DNA of 64,000 bases, taken from the NCBI GenBank assembly GCA_030704615.1, contig CM060734.1, positions 14,942,001 to 15,006,000 of the forward strand, given 5' to 3'. This DNA is from Takakia lepidozioides. Lineage: Eukaryota > Plantae > Bryophyta. The position numbers and the translations under genes were made by a program. Positions 12,387 to 25,512 of the stretch are shown one piece after another. The notes beneath the pieces are model-generated. The model saw only the letters and a program-made list of their open reading frames with translations, ran no database searches and was not told the DNA's origin. The first letter of the stretch is position 1. Each line of letters begins with the position of its first letter.

Positions 12387-14800
12387 TCATTGTCCGGGGA
12401 CAAGGGATGTGATGTTGTGGCCTGCACTGCCAATACGGAGAGCCTGGGACCGTGATCTCGTGGTCAATGAGGGACCCAATGACATGTGATCAATTCTGGC
12501 CAGCATCCGCTTACTTTGCGGTGAAAGTTGACTTTCTTGCAGAATCTCACGACGTGGCGGAGGTGGATCGACGGTGCGTGCTCGAGTTGCACGTAAATTA
12601 GCAACGAGACCGTCCACATCTGGCAACTAAGCCCCCGAAACACGATGAAAACGGTCTGTCCATAGTCGTCTCCATTCCTCTACAACTGCCTTGATGATAC
12701 CCTTGAAACTTTCCAACTGCCTCTCGCGGGCCGTGTCCCTAATCATTGTGTCATCCCGACGAAGAGTCTGCTCGTACGTCGCCCTCAATTGACGTTGACA
12801 TATTACAACATCATCTAATTCAGACAACAACAAATGTTTCCCAATCGGTTCTCGGTTATACAATTCGTTCTGGCGCGGCACTCATGGACCCTGTGGGAGC
12901 CGGATAAACCTCGACCTTCTCTGATTCCAATGCCCTCCCAAATTGCGGCAAAACTGCTCTCTGTCCCACCAATCGGGAATGCCTCCCACACGCACCGTTA
13001 TCTCCCAGTTAGATGTGACCCATAAATACTGGGGTGATTTAACGTATGTTGGGTTTTCGGCATGTATGCCATGCATTTCTCTGTCTGCATCCCACAACAA
13101 GTTTTTGCCCCAATGCACACAATTCAGAAAATGTATGTGGTTGCCCATCCAATGGGAGGTTGTGCCGATTGTATTCAAAACCTATCGGCATCCTGTCCTC
13201 CAAGCCCACCAGCTCATAGAAACGGCGATGGATTGGTGTACGACATTTTGGGCAAGCGCTCGTCTGCAATGATTGCGGGATAAGACATGTGAGATGGAAC
13301 ATATGTCCACATGATCCAAGTACATGACATCCCTCTGGGCCGTATGGATTCCTGTACATCGAACAAACTGTGTCATCTGATATCCATGACGGCAAAATGC
13401 CTCGTGGTATTCCTTGTCGGTCGTGTTGATATGGCTGCTCATCCTTGGCGTGGTGTCTCACTCCTCCAATTCCCAATTTATGTTTTTGTTCAATCTCAAA
13501 ATTCTGTGCTCACATCGATCGAACATAAACTCCACATCTGCCCAGTTGGTGTACCCGGCGAAAATGCTTGATGCGTTGCAGAGATCGTTGTACCTTTGTA
13601 TGTTGTCATAAATGCTATCCACGCTATGGTTTGACATGCATGCGACACGTTGCAAGGCCGACAGTGTCCGCTCTACCTGTGCTTTTCTGGAGGCCAAGTG
13701 GGTCGCCCATTGTACCCAATTCTTCCAATCGCCATCCAATGGGACCCATGCTTGAATCTCCAATGCTTTTGACAACCGCCATGCAGTTGTCATGACAATG
13801 TCCCGCTCCCCTGTAACGCGATCGACATCATCTATGGTATCGGATTGAATGGCTACCCTCGAGCATTCCCCGGTTTCAAGTACTGGATCTTTTCATTTTC
13901 TACTTCTCTCATCCGCAATTCGTTGTTCTTCAACCATGCTTTCATCGGCCTCAGGGTCAAGGAAGTCCGTAATTCCGGCAATGATGCGATCAATACTGCG
14001 ATCTGACATTGTAAACTCCGCAAACATGTCCACGTCGTTCGTTCGAACGTCATTGTGGACAGTGCCTTCATTGTTTCGAGGCGTGTTTTGTAATGTACCC
14101 TCCAACTCGGCTATGCGCAGTCTTTGTCATTCCACAAGGTCCTACAGGGTTTGTACTCGCTGTTTTGTTTCCACCAGTTCATCCTCGAACGTTCCAGATA
14201 CTTGTTGCACCGGTGCCTCGGGCACGCCCAGTATCATAGCCTGAGGTACCGATGTCTCGCGCACGCCCAGTATCGTAGCCGGGGGTGTTCCAAACGTGTC
14301 CGGGATGTCGACGAAATAGTATTGCATCGTTGTGTTCCTCCTACTAGCAATTTGTCAATTCACTGGACGCAACAGTATCACCTCCATGTACAACATGGCT
14401 GCCAAGGTGTACGGGATTTGGCCCTTTAAGAGTGGTTCACTCCATAATGTGCAATGCACCTCAGTCGCCCTATGTTGGAAATGCAAGTTCATGCAAGACC
14501 TGGAGTCCGCGCAATTGTTTATGGTTTGCACCACATGCCTAGGTCTAGGTCACAATCGATTGATGTGACACCATTTCACGATTTTTTTGCATCTCGTGCT
14601 CGGCCATCTGAACTCCTCCGGAAAATCCTCCCATCCCTCTTCTGCTAGTACGCTAGGGTCATCATATACTTCCCAATTCAAGTCATGCCTTGACCCTTTG
14701 ATTTTCTTAAGAGGCGGTCCATGTTTATAGATGTCATCTCTTCCATGACGCTCATCGTCCTGGCCCTCTGTCATTTTATAACAATCAGAGATGTTGGGAA
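12387..14800 (-). pseudogene. Decayed TE-associated gene with a C-terminal RING-H2 finger
   Basis: CSMYRNPYGPEGCHVLGSCGHMFHLTCLIPQSLQTSACPKCRTP; many in-frame stops; its 5' part is repeated at 27513-27850. Confidence 0.6.
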
Positions 14801-15259
14801 GCTTATATTGTAAGACTTGTGTCAACCTTTTTCGGGCAAGATTACGTTTACTAATAAGTAATGGAAAGTTAAACACTACTGAAGCAAACATAGAAATGGC
14901 TAAGAACTAAGGACCTGTGATCTCGATCGAAAAATTACAATTGACCCTAAACCCTTAACACGAAACGGGTTTGAATAAGTGTCATAATAGTTATTAAAAG
15001 CTAATTTTGTAGAATGAAATGATCCCGGAAGCCAGAGGAGGGGCTATGGGAGCATTCTGCAACGACTTCACAGAAATTGCAACAAAAAAATCCCCCCCAG
15101 CTAATGGCCTCCTTTTCCACGTGACTACGTATCGTGGAATAGTTACATGTCACGCACACAGAAGTTGTGTGGAGAGGAAGTGAGATGAGAATGAGCCTCC
15201 ATTGGCTTATCTGCCCCCCCCCCCAATTCCTCGGTCTACGCGCAAAGCATACCTTCTAG

Positions 15260-18190
15260 AAACGACCGCCACCATGGCGGTCGCTGCATTTTAAAAAAAC
15301 AACAAAAAAAGCGACCGCCGGGGTACTGGGGGTCGCTCTATTTAAAAGATTAAACAATAAAAAACGACAGCCAGTAACGGCGGTCGCTCTATTAAAAAAA
15401 TAAAAAATAAAACGACTACCACTACTGGTGGTCGCTTGTTTAATTTTAATTTCTGAAAATGCTGCGACCGCCAGTACTGGCGGTCGCTCAATTTAAGAAA
15501 ATTTAAAAAACAAAATCGACCACCAATAAAGGCGGTCGTTTTTTAAGAAATTATTATTATTATTATTATATATTTTAAATGCGACCGCCATTACTTGCGG
15601 TCGCTGAATTTTCAGAAATTAAAAATATACAAGCGACCGCCAGTAATGGCAGTCGATCTATTTGTTTTTTTAAAAAACAGTGACCACCAATAATGACGGT
15701 CGCTCAATTTTAAAAAATCAAAAATAAAAGCGACCACCACTACCAGCGGGCATTTTCAGAAATTAAAAATATTCAAGCGACCGCCATAACTGGCGGTCGA
15801 TCTATTTTAAAATTTAAAAAAAATGATAGTCAATAATGGAGGTCGCTCTATTTTTAATTTTATTTTAAAAATGCGACCGCCATTACAGGCGATCGATGCA
15901 TTTTATGAAATTAAAAATATTTTTATATTTTAAATATTTTAAAAATAACTCGACCGCCGTATTATTGTTTTTTTTAGTATTTTTGAAATAAAGCGACCGC
16001 CATATTATGCCGGTCGATTGTATATTTTTAATTTCTGAAAATGCTGAAAATAAACAACAAAAGCGACCGCCAATAAAGGCGGTCGTTTATTATTATTATT
16101 ATTATTAAAAATAAATGCGACCTCCATTACTTGCGGTCACTGCATTTTCAGAAATTAAAAATATACAAACGACCGCCAGTAATGGCGGTCAGTCTATTTG
16201 TTTTTTTTTTTAAAAATGACCACAAATAATGGCGGTCACTCAATTTTAAAAAATCAAAAATAAAAGCGACCACCAATACTGGCGGTCGCTGCATTTTCAG
16301 AAATTAAAAGTATACAAGCGAACGCCAGTAATGGCGGTCGCTCTATTTTTTACTTAAATAAAAAAGGACCGCTAATAATGGCGGTCGCCCTATTTTATTT
16401 TATTTTAAAAAAATGCGACCGCCATAACAGGCTATCGCTACATTTTCTGAAATTTAAAATATTTTTTATATTTTAAATATCTTTAAAAAAAATGGGACCG
16501 CCATTATTTGCGGTCGCTGCATTTTCAGAAATTAAAAATACACAAGCGACCGCCAGTAATGGCGGTCGGTGTATTTGTTTATCGAAAAAAAAGTGACCAC
16601 CAATAATGGTGGTCGCTCAATTCTAACAAATTAAAAATAATAGCGACCACCACTTCTGGCGGTCGCTGCATTTTCTGAAATTAAAAATATGCAAGCGCTC
16701 TATTTGTTTTTGGTTTTTTTTAAATGACCGCCAATAATGGCGGTCGCTGCATTTTCTGATATATATACATATATATATATATATAAACGACCTCCATATT
16801 ATGGCAGTCTTTTTCTTTAAAAATATTTCTGAAATAAAGCGACCTTCATATTATGGCGGTCGCTGGTTATATATATATATATATAATAAAACGACCGCCG
16901 TAATGGTTATATATATATATATTTAAGATAAAGCGACCGCCATATTATGGCGGTCGCTGGTTTTTTTATATCCTTTTTAAAAGCGACCACTATATGGCCC
17001 TCACCTATTTTTTATATTGGCGGTCGCTTAATTTTATATATTATTGAAATTAAGAGACCGCCAATTCTGGCGGTCGCTTGTTTTTTATATATTTTCAAAA
17101 TTATGCGACCGTACGGAGGTCGCTCTTTTTCTTTTTTAAATTAGGCGACCGCCAATGCGGTCGTCAATCTTGTTTCTTTTATAAAAAAAATCTAAGCGAA
17201 CGCCATGTTGGCGGTCGCTCTTATTTCTAAAATTCCGAAATATAAAGCGACCGCCAGAATTGGCGATCGCTTTCATTTTTATATTTTTTCAAAATGTATT
17301 TGTCACCGCCACCGTGTCGGCGATGTGGCTGCTTAAGTGGCAATATTTTACCTGGTACTTTTTTTTACTAAAATATTCCTAGAACCTGACGTGACGGAGG
17401 TCTCGTCAGCGTCAGGTCTGACGTGAGCTGACGTTGACTGACGGACGTGATGCTGATAACCGGGCCCCCATCCCATTTGTTTCATTTTTCCTGACCCGTG
17501 GCACCTCGCCACGTGGCTGGCAAGGCGCCGTTTCATGATTATAAAAAATAAAAACATCCGCCACACGGCGGGTCTTTGGATTTCCAAAAAAAAAAAAACA
17601 CGCAACCGCCGCATGACAGTCGCTATATTTATAAAAACAAGAAGAGCAACCGCCACATGACGGTCGTTGCATTTTTAAAATATATATTAAATACGCAACC
17701 GCCGTTTGGCTGTCGCTTCATTTTAAAAATATATATTAAGTAAGCGACCGCCAAACGGCGGTCGTTTAATTTAAAGAATCAAAATCAAATTAAACGACCC
17801 CGCCAAGTGGCGGTCGCTGTATTGTTTATTAACAAAAATAGCGACGGCTGCAAAATGGCGGTCGCTGCATTTTTACAAAATATATTAAAGATATAATTAT
17901 TATAATATAATAAAGTGCGAGCGACCGCCAATCTAGGCGGTCGTTTCATTTAAAACATAATAGACTTCAACCGACCGCCAATATAGGCGGTCGTTTATTT
18001 TAAAATATAATAAAATACAAACGACCGCCAATATGGGCGGTCGCTTCATTTATAAATTAATAAATTATCGGCGACCGCCAATATAGGCGGTCGCTTAATT
18101 TAACAAAATATTAAATTATAAGCGACCGCCAATATGGGCGGTCGCTTCATTTAAAAAATAATAAATTATATGCGACTGCCAATATAGCCA
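15260..18190. repeat. Array of GCGACCGCC-N6-GGCGGTCGC palindromes with AT-rich spacers
   Basis: Dozens of hairpin units at roughly 40-50 bp spacing, interrupted at ~17330-17590. Confidence 0.9.
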
Positions 18191-18536
18191 GACGTATTTT
18201 TTTAAATAATTAATAAATATTAATAATTGACCATGTCTGTTTTACACCGTGGCTGCCATGTCATTATTAAGGGTAGAAATAAATCGTAAAAGTCAAATGT
18301 AAGAAAAATACATGGGTAAACGTCCGGATTCGACGTGACGTGATGCACGTCGGACGCGACGGCCGACGTGTCAGCGCCACGTCACGTCAGGAATGATAAC
18401 TAGGAATCATAGGCGTGCAAAATCAGAGCCCATCTTGCCAAACGCCCAATTAGTTCATGAGGGGTAAGTAAGGCTTTTAATGGCAAATGATGCGGCGGAG
18501 CAGCGCTCCGCCCCCATCCGTGACCTCTGCTGTTCC

Positions 18537-19569
18537 TTAGCCAACGTTTGAATTATGACTACCTGTATAGGGCTCCGCCAAATTTTTAGTTTTCTTTTCT
18601 TGTTTGCTCTCCTGTTTAGCTTCATCTGAGAACAAAGGGGTGGCAGTGTCACACCAACTTGGCAGGACTTTTTGTTCCCGGAGGGGGTGGTCAATCACCA
18701 ACATCCAGCCCCTTTTGAAATTAGAAGTATCAGGAACAAAGAACACGAGGGGAGAGTAAGCATGAGATATCACGCTTACCGCGGGAGGAAACTCCACCAT
18801 TTCCTCTGGCTGCACCAGATCTCTAAAGGTTTTGTGCGCCGCATTGGAGGACAACAACATATCAGTGTCGTTATAGAGGACCATTTCTTTCTTGTTGTTG
18901 GGCTCCATTTCTTGAGTGTTCTTGTCTTCCTTGTATGCCAGGCCTTTTTGCTTATGCAAACTTGCAAGTTCAGCGACCATCCGTTGCCCTTCTTCCAAGA
19001 TGCTGGAGCTGCGAGCCCAAGTAGCAGGGTGGTTTACCCTGCAAGACAAACCAAATTTGTCTACCCACAGCCCTTTGTTAGGTTTGTGCACAGCTTGCAG
19101 GTCATTGGAGTGGAAAATCGGGAGAACATGGATTACCTCCAGATTTACAAGGGCATCATTGTTCTCAACCGTAATGCCTATGTGTTGCATCTGAGATAGA
19201 GAGAAGGAAATGTGAGGAAAAAACTCCCTGAGAATCTGGTTTGTCAAAAGAAGGACGTTGAGTCAACCAATGAACGTGCCGAAGCTGGCACCGATTTGTG
19301 GGAGAGAAGTTAAGCATGTCGCAGGTAGAAAGGGAACCGCGATTACCCTTGGCTTCCATATAACTCCTTGCTTGTGACCCCAGTCATGGGTCCAAGGAAA
19401 AAGGAAAACCTTTGCAGCAGACATTTGGGTATTGAACCTGAGTGCCATCTCGGCTTCTACTGGAGAACAGAAGAGAACCAAGTAAAAGCCCCTGCCCATG
19501 GGTAAGCAAAAGTGCTGAGCAAGCCCTCCTTCTGCTCCCAGGTGCTCTACTATCCATTTGCGGACCCAT
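18537..19569 (-). pseudogene. LINE (L1-type) ORF1-like fragment, DUF4283-like
   Basis: MGRGFYLVLFCSPVEAEMALRFN..KVFLFPW matches the DUF4283 pattern; frameshifted. Confidence 0.45.
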
Positions 19570-19589
19570 AGCCTAAGTCTGAGTTTACC

Positions 19590-19945
19590 TAGAAAATAGA
19601 GAAGGATTCATTTGAACATCGAACGATGGGTTCACCCTTTCAATCCATTTCGATTGACTTGATACTCGACACGTACCTCTGACAAGATATGTCCAACACA
19701 CTCGCAATGTTTGAAAGCAATCAAAAATCATTTGAACATCGAACGATGGGTTCACCCTTTCAATCAATTTTGATTGACTTCATACTTGAGAGGAGCATGT
19801 GACAAGGTATGTCCAACACACTCGCAAAGATTGAAAGCAATCAAAAATTCATTTGAACATCGAACGATGGGTTCACCCTTGGAATTTATTTCGATTGACC
19901 TGATACTCCACACGTACCTCTGACAAGGTATGTCCAACACACTCG
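19590..19945 (-). repeat. ~120-bp tandem repeat (3 units), related to 10655-11945 in inverted orientation
   Basis: ATTTGAACATCGAACGATGGGTTCACCC at ~19610, ~19730 and ~19851; truncates transposase copy 2. Confidence 0.8.
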
Positions 19946-21941
19946 CATCCTTCATTGTTCTAGCATCTTTGTACTCTTTGCACAATTTACGATGTTGTGT
20001 CTGCATCTTTGGTTTGATGTCCGATTTTGTATGTTTCTCCAAAGATTGTGTCCAATGGAATAGACATGTACGCTCTCTTCCCGGCATTGGCACTTTTGGG
20101 TCGCCTGATCCGAAGACAATTCGAACTACATTGAAATTCGCCTGAGCACTATCTGCCATAAAACCAGCAAAATTTGGAGATGGCACCCCATAGCAGCCCA
20201 TAACACGTACAAAGGAATTCCACATGAGCTTCTGGGATTCTGTATCCTCGGATTGCATGTCACAAACTGCAATTGTCATAACTCGTTGGTACACTGGATC
20301 GTACACATGACAAGCCATTGTCGTCCAATCTTTCACTCGTTTCACATGATCAAACATAAGAAAACAATCCTGCAGGTCCCCAGTCTTCTGCATCCGCTTC
20401 ACGAGGCTAACCCCACTACCCTCCCCAGCAGTCGACATTTTGAAAAGAAAAATGATGGCACCTTGACCTGGAAAAACATTGTCCTGGATGTAGTCGTACA
20501 TGCTCAGTTGTTTCAATTCCAAAATGTTGTCTATGTAGCCTCTGATCCCAGAGCCCATTCTCAATGCATTGATTTGATGCCGAATGTTAGATGAACTCAA
20601 CGTGGAGAAATTATCTATGACGATGTCGAGTGCTGCACTGTCAAGTTTAGTCCCCACAGAATCCCCTTCACTCAAAATATGGCTTTCCAAGAAGGACTTG
20701 CTTGCACCAAGAGCAATTGCGGATGTTGTTGCGAATGGGTTTCTCTTGTACTCCTGTTTAATCAACCTCGATACTGTCTCAACACTCTCCCTATAATCCC
20801 CCTTCGAGACAGGATGGTTATGGAAACCGAAATGCACACAAGCTCTTGTCATGGTTTTCAAACGGTGGACAACATAGTACATTCTTGCTCCACACAGCGC
20901 CAGGCAGGTTGGTAATAGTTTGCAGAATTTACAAACGAAAGTGGTTTCCGTTGGAGGAGCAGTCCCAGGCCTAAATGGATTTTCCGCAAGACCCTCCCAC
21001 TCGCTTTGATTGTGAACCCCAGACTGAAGAAAGTGTCTGCAATTCAAATTGTCCATTGCAAACTGTTCTCCTGAAAACAAGCTTGTCCTCATTTTGAATA
21101 TTGGATGTTTTTGTTCTACACCATGGGTGCCCGTCGTGTTTCTTGTCCATTCCGTGCATCATGCTTGTTATACCTCCAACTCGCGGAGGAGGAGGCAGCT
21201 CAAATAGGATATCCCCATCAAAAGTCTCTGGCAGGAACTTCGTAGGCACCTGCTTCAAAGCTTCCCAATCAATTCCCCGCAACTCACTTTTGAAACCTGC
21301 CATTCCTCCCATCGCCCGTAGTTTTGGAATGACCCTACAAATGTCTTCTTCATCCGCTTCCACAACTACAGTACAAAGGACTGGAGTTGGAATTTCACTA
21401 ATGTCATCATCAGACGAATCCGAAAGCTCAACGATTGGAGTTGAGCACGTTTCTTCTTTTTTCACCACCACCTCCCTTTTGTCTTCAACGACTGAAGTAG
21501 CAGTCCCGGGCGTCACATATGATCCAAGGGACTTTCTCCGAGGCTCTCCAAGTACTCTGTATCTACCAGGGCGCACTCTCCACACATGAGCCGTCTCATC
21601 ACGATTTGAAAAGAGTATTTCAACAACTTTCCGTCGAAATCGTACACCTCTTTCTCCAAGAAGATGGACCCATTCAAAAGTTCAAACCGGGTAGCCAGGA
21701 CATGTTCCGTCACAAATCGCGAATCCATTGTCAAGTGCTTCTTTGGAGAAAGGCACTGGTTTGTCGTCAGAATAAAACTCTGCTTCAGAGGAAGCCATGT
21801 TACGTCCCCGAGCGGGGGGTTCTCTTTCCTCAGCTGCTCCTTTGCGAAATCAGATGATTCAGCTATGCAACACACTGGTTGCACATGAAATGAGGCGGAA
21901 GCACCCCTTCCTTGAAGATTGTGCATATTATGATATTCCAT
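19945..21941 (-). pseudogene. MULE-like transposase (GCM-like + DDE core), 3'-truncated, copy 2
   Basis: FLMFDHVKRV...CDMQSED...FMADSAQAN...TCLFHW (D..D + CxxH, MULE-type); N-terminal Cys/His GCM-like domain; frameshifts. Confidence 0.8.
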
Positions 21942-22539
21942 CTAATCAATGTGGGACGGTTCCTGACAAGTCACCGTCAAATTAACATATGTGACATGCA
22001 GTCTGTATTGTCTTCTGAGCAATGCTGACAGATAATCCATCTAGTTGTGGGGGTCTCCAAAACAATAAAAAACCGCCGACTTCCTTGAAGACAGCCTGAG
22101 GATCCCATGCAGGGATGATGGGAAGAGAATTGAAGTAATTAGTTCATTTGTCAGGCCATGACTATATCCAGTATGTCTGATCATGTGGATGGTTTCAAGA
22201 TCATGGAATCCCTGGGCCTAGAACTCTCCACGTACGCATATTCCGTTAAATCCTAAGTAGGCCTCATGGCAAGTACTTCGAGAATTCTCATCCATGACGT
22301 CCAACGGTGATATTAATGAAGCCGTCACAAAAAAGACACATGTCAAATTTATGTTTGCACACGCCAAGAACCCTAAACAACCGCGCAAAGGAACAGCTGT
22401 CCCAAATAGGTTACGCTATTTTCACTGTCACGTACGTTCAAGTATTGGACACGCAAGAGGGAATCGAACGGTTACAGGGACACTTCCAAAACGAAGGGAC
22501 CCCGGAAGAAAGCGAGTCTGTTCATCATTCTTGTTTCTT

Positions 22540-25450
22540 AGAGGAAGAGAGGAAGTCAAGCTGGAGAGGGTTCCTTGTTCGGTTTGGAAGAGGAGGAAAT
22601 CATTGTATTTTACATCGGTTAGAGAGAGGCTGAGATCAAGAGAGCAAATGACGAGGCGTCGCATGCAAGATGGTGCAGCGCTTAGGCAGCATGTGAACTT
22701 GGAAACAGATCAAGCAGAAGAGCATGTAGGAAGTGAGAGTGAGGTCGCCGCAGTCGCAGCGACGGCTGGAGCAGTGAGCGTAGGTAACCAAACAGTGCCA
22801 GCCGAGTTCATGCACGAAGACAACACAACAGAAGGAGGAGCAGTGGACGCCATACCGGGAGGAAGTCAGCAAACCCTACATCAGACAGAAATGGTGATCA
22901 TTCAATATCCGCATAATACTGTTATCATTAGTCTTGATGTTTTCCATTCCATGTGGGATCAATACATTGTTTTTTCTTATGTTCAGACCGATGAAAAAGG
23001 GAAGAGGAAAGGTGCAGAGGGCGATCCGAGCGATGTAGCCACGAAGCCGAAGAAGGCAAAGGGATCCGTAAGTTCTCTCAAACGCACTTCTCCCTCTTTA
23101 CTGATAGTCCCCCGATGTAAGAAAAGCGATGATCGGTGGCGATCATCGCTTTACAGAAGACTGTAGTTGGTGTCTTATTTCAGCAGATTCTGGAAGTCAG
23201 GCAGGCAGGAAAGAATATGTATCAAGGCGAAAGTGATGATCGGTGCCGACCATCACCTTCGCCATTGCTTTATTTAAGCAAATAATGCGATGTTCATTGT
23301 GATTCAAGAGTGACAGGGAACTAAAGACGCATCTTGCAATGACATCGAAGCGATGATCGGTAATGATCATCGCTTTGAGGTCCATTCCCTTCTTGTTCAA
23401 AACAGTTTAGAAATGGCGTGGTCGTTCAGGAAAGTGATCCGACCATCACATTTAGCTCCCATTGTCTGTGCATTCCTTGGCACTTAAATAGTGATGGTCG
23501 GTACCGATCATCACTTTCGGCAATGACTGCATGTTAACCCAAAATCCTTTCTCGCATTAGAAGCCTTTGTACAATGAAATTCTTTAGGTGGAGAAATGTC
23601 CATTCAACTTCATATTCGGAATTGGATAAACAGCAAAGTGATGGTCGGTGTCGACCATCGCCTACAAGTCCATTTCTATGCTCTATATCTCATACAATGA
23701 AATGCAGAATTTTGTTGTGAAGTGATGATCGGTGCCGACCACCACATCCAGACCTCATGGGTTGTGCTTCCCAAGGCAGTCTGATTGTGATGATCGGTAC
23801 CGACCATCACTGTTTGAACGGTTTGGCAATACACCAGAATCCATAAAAGGAGACCAAGTTCAGTGGGTGAAAGAAGGGATTCTGACTAAGAGTGATGATC
23901 GGTGCCGACCATCACACTCAGACGTCATGGGGTTCGCTTCCTAATGCAATCTGATTGTGATGATCGGTACCGATCATCACTTTTTGAACAGATTGGCAAT
24001 GCACCAGAATCCAAGAGAGGACATCAAGTTCAATGTGTGATAGAGGGGATTTTGACTTATAGTGATGATCGGTGCCGACCATCACATTTAGACCTCATGG
24101 GTTGTGCTTCCCAAGGCAGTCTGATTGTGATGATCGGTACCGACCATCACTTTTTGAACAGATTGGCAATGCACCAGAATCCAAAAGAGGACATCAAGTT
24201 GAATGAGTGATAGAATGGAATCTGACTTCTAGTGATGATCGGTGCCGACCATCACATTTAGACCTCGTGGGTGTTTGCATCCCAATGGTAACTTGTGGTG
24301 ATGTGCGGTACCGACCATCGCTTGCATCATCCTGATGGTCGGCACCGATCATCGCACTCTAGTGAGAACGGAATCAAGGTGCATTGGGAAACCAAGTAGG
24401 ATTTCCATTCCTTTGTTAGAAGACAAAGTGATGGTCGGTACCGATCGTCACTGTGTTAAAATGTCTGTTTTCCTGAACACCAGTTGAATGTTGCTGTTGT
24501 GGCGGTTTTGGGTATGCAGAAGAATGTAAAGTCCAAGCAGGCAGAAACAGATGCAAAGGGCTCTGGAGAAGGGGACGACTCCACAAAGAGTTCTGAGAAT
24601 AGCGAAGACACTGATGAGCCTGAATTGCACTACCTTGACAAGGTGAAACAACTTATGTCATATCAAAAGGTAAATTCCCAGGAGGTTATTAGGGACATGA
24701 TCGTCTCTGGAGGACGTCTTGAAATCCCTCTCTGCCGGATGATCTCCATGCCTGTTGTTTGTCCTCCACTTTCACATGACATTACCAAGTTGGAAACAGA
24801 TTTCGTGCACGGGTATAGAATGGGTGCACAAGTTTTTTACGTCTCACTGAAGGATACTAATGGTCACAGCACAAAAGTGAGCCCAGAGATTACGGACAAC
24901 TAGGATGATTGCTGGAAGGATGTGAATGACGAGTTCAAAGACTCTCTGCTGCTTGGACATAACACCCAGCAGTTCTGCAACCACATGTTCTATGTCTGGG
25001 ACGGGAACCATCGCTTGCTAGCTTGGATGGGGTACATTGCGAAACACCATTCAAAAGACAAGGACAAGCATTGTGCTGTGGAGGCAATGGTTTTGGATCC
25101 TGGGAACGACATCGCCAGACTTTTGACAGCTATGCATGACGTGAACAAGTAGGACTTCCTCATAAACCCATAGCCTTTCAAATTGCATGTTGTGCGCATT
25201 TCAAGTCCAAACGTTAAATATTTCTTACGTATGCAATGTGTATTCCCTGTTTGTAGATCGATAGAGAAATCACATGTTACTACGAGCCTGGTCCACACAC
25301 TATTCCGCATTCAGAGAATTGGTTTGATGAAGCTTGATGAGTTCCGCATAGTGCTACATCCTGATGTCATCAAGAAGTGCGAAACAGGAAGATCTGCAGG
25401 GACCTGGTACTCGTTGACCCGAGATGCATTTTTGGAGTACATGTATGCAA
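22540..25450 (+). pseudogene. Spliced ParB/Srx-like domain gene, 3'-truncated (copy 1)
   Basis: RLEIPLCRM..FVHGYRMGAQVFYVS..FYVWDGNHRLLAW; GT-AG intron 25149-25256 at the same position as in the paralog at ~42745-42818; internal stop at 24901. Confidence 0.65.
23127..24450. repeat. Intronic array of GTGATGATCGGT(A/G)CCGA(T/C)CATCAC palindromes
   Basis: Repeated ~24-bp hairpins with a higher-order ~170-bp period at 23720-24260. Confidence 0.88.
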
Positions 25451-25512
25451 TATGGCCCAAACCACTTCTTCCTATGTTATTACATACAAATTTGCAATTG
25501 TGTGTCTGCTAA

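Noticed and set aside
17340-18450. Possible MULE TIR ends at ~17490 and ~18447 (also ~8039)
   Set aside because: ACGT-rich, end-like sequences, but no partner TIR or TSD was found in the window.
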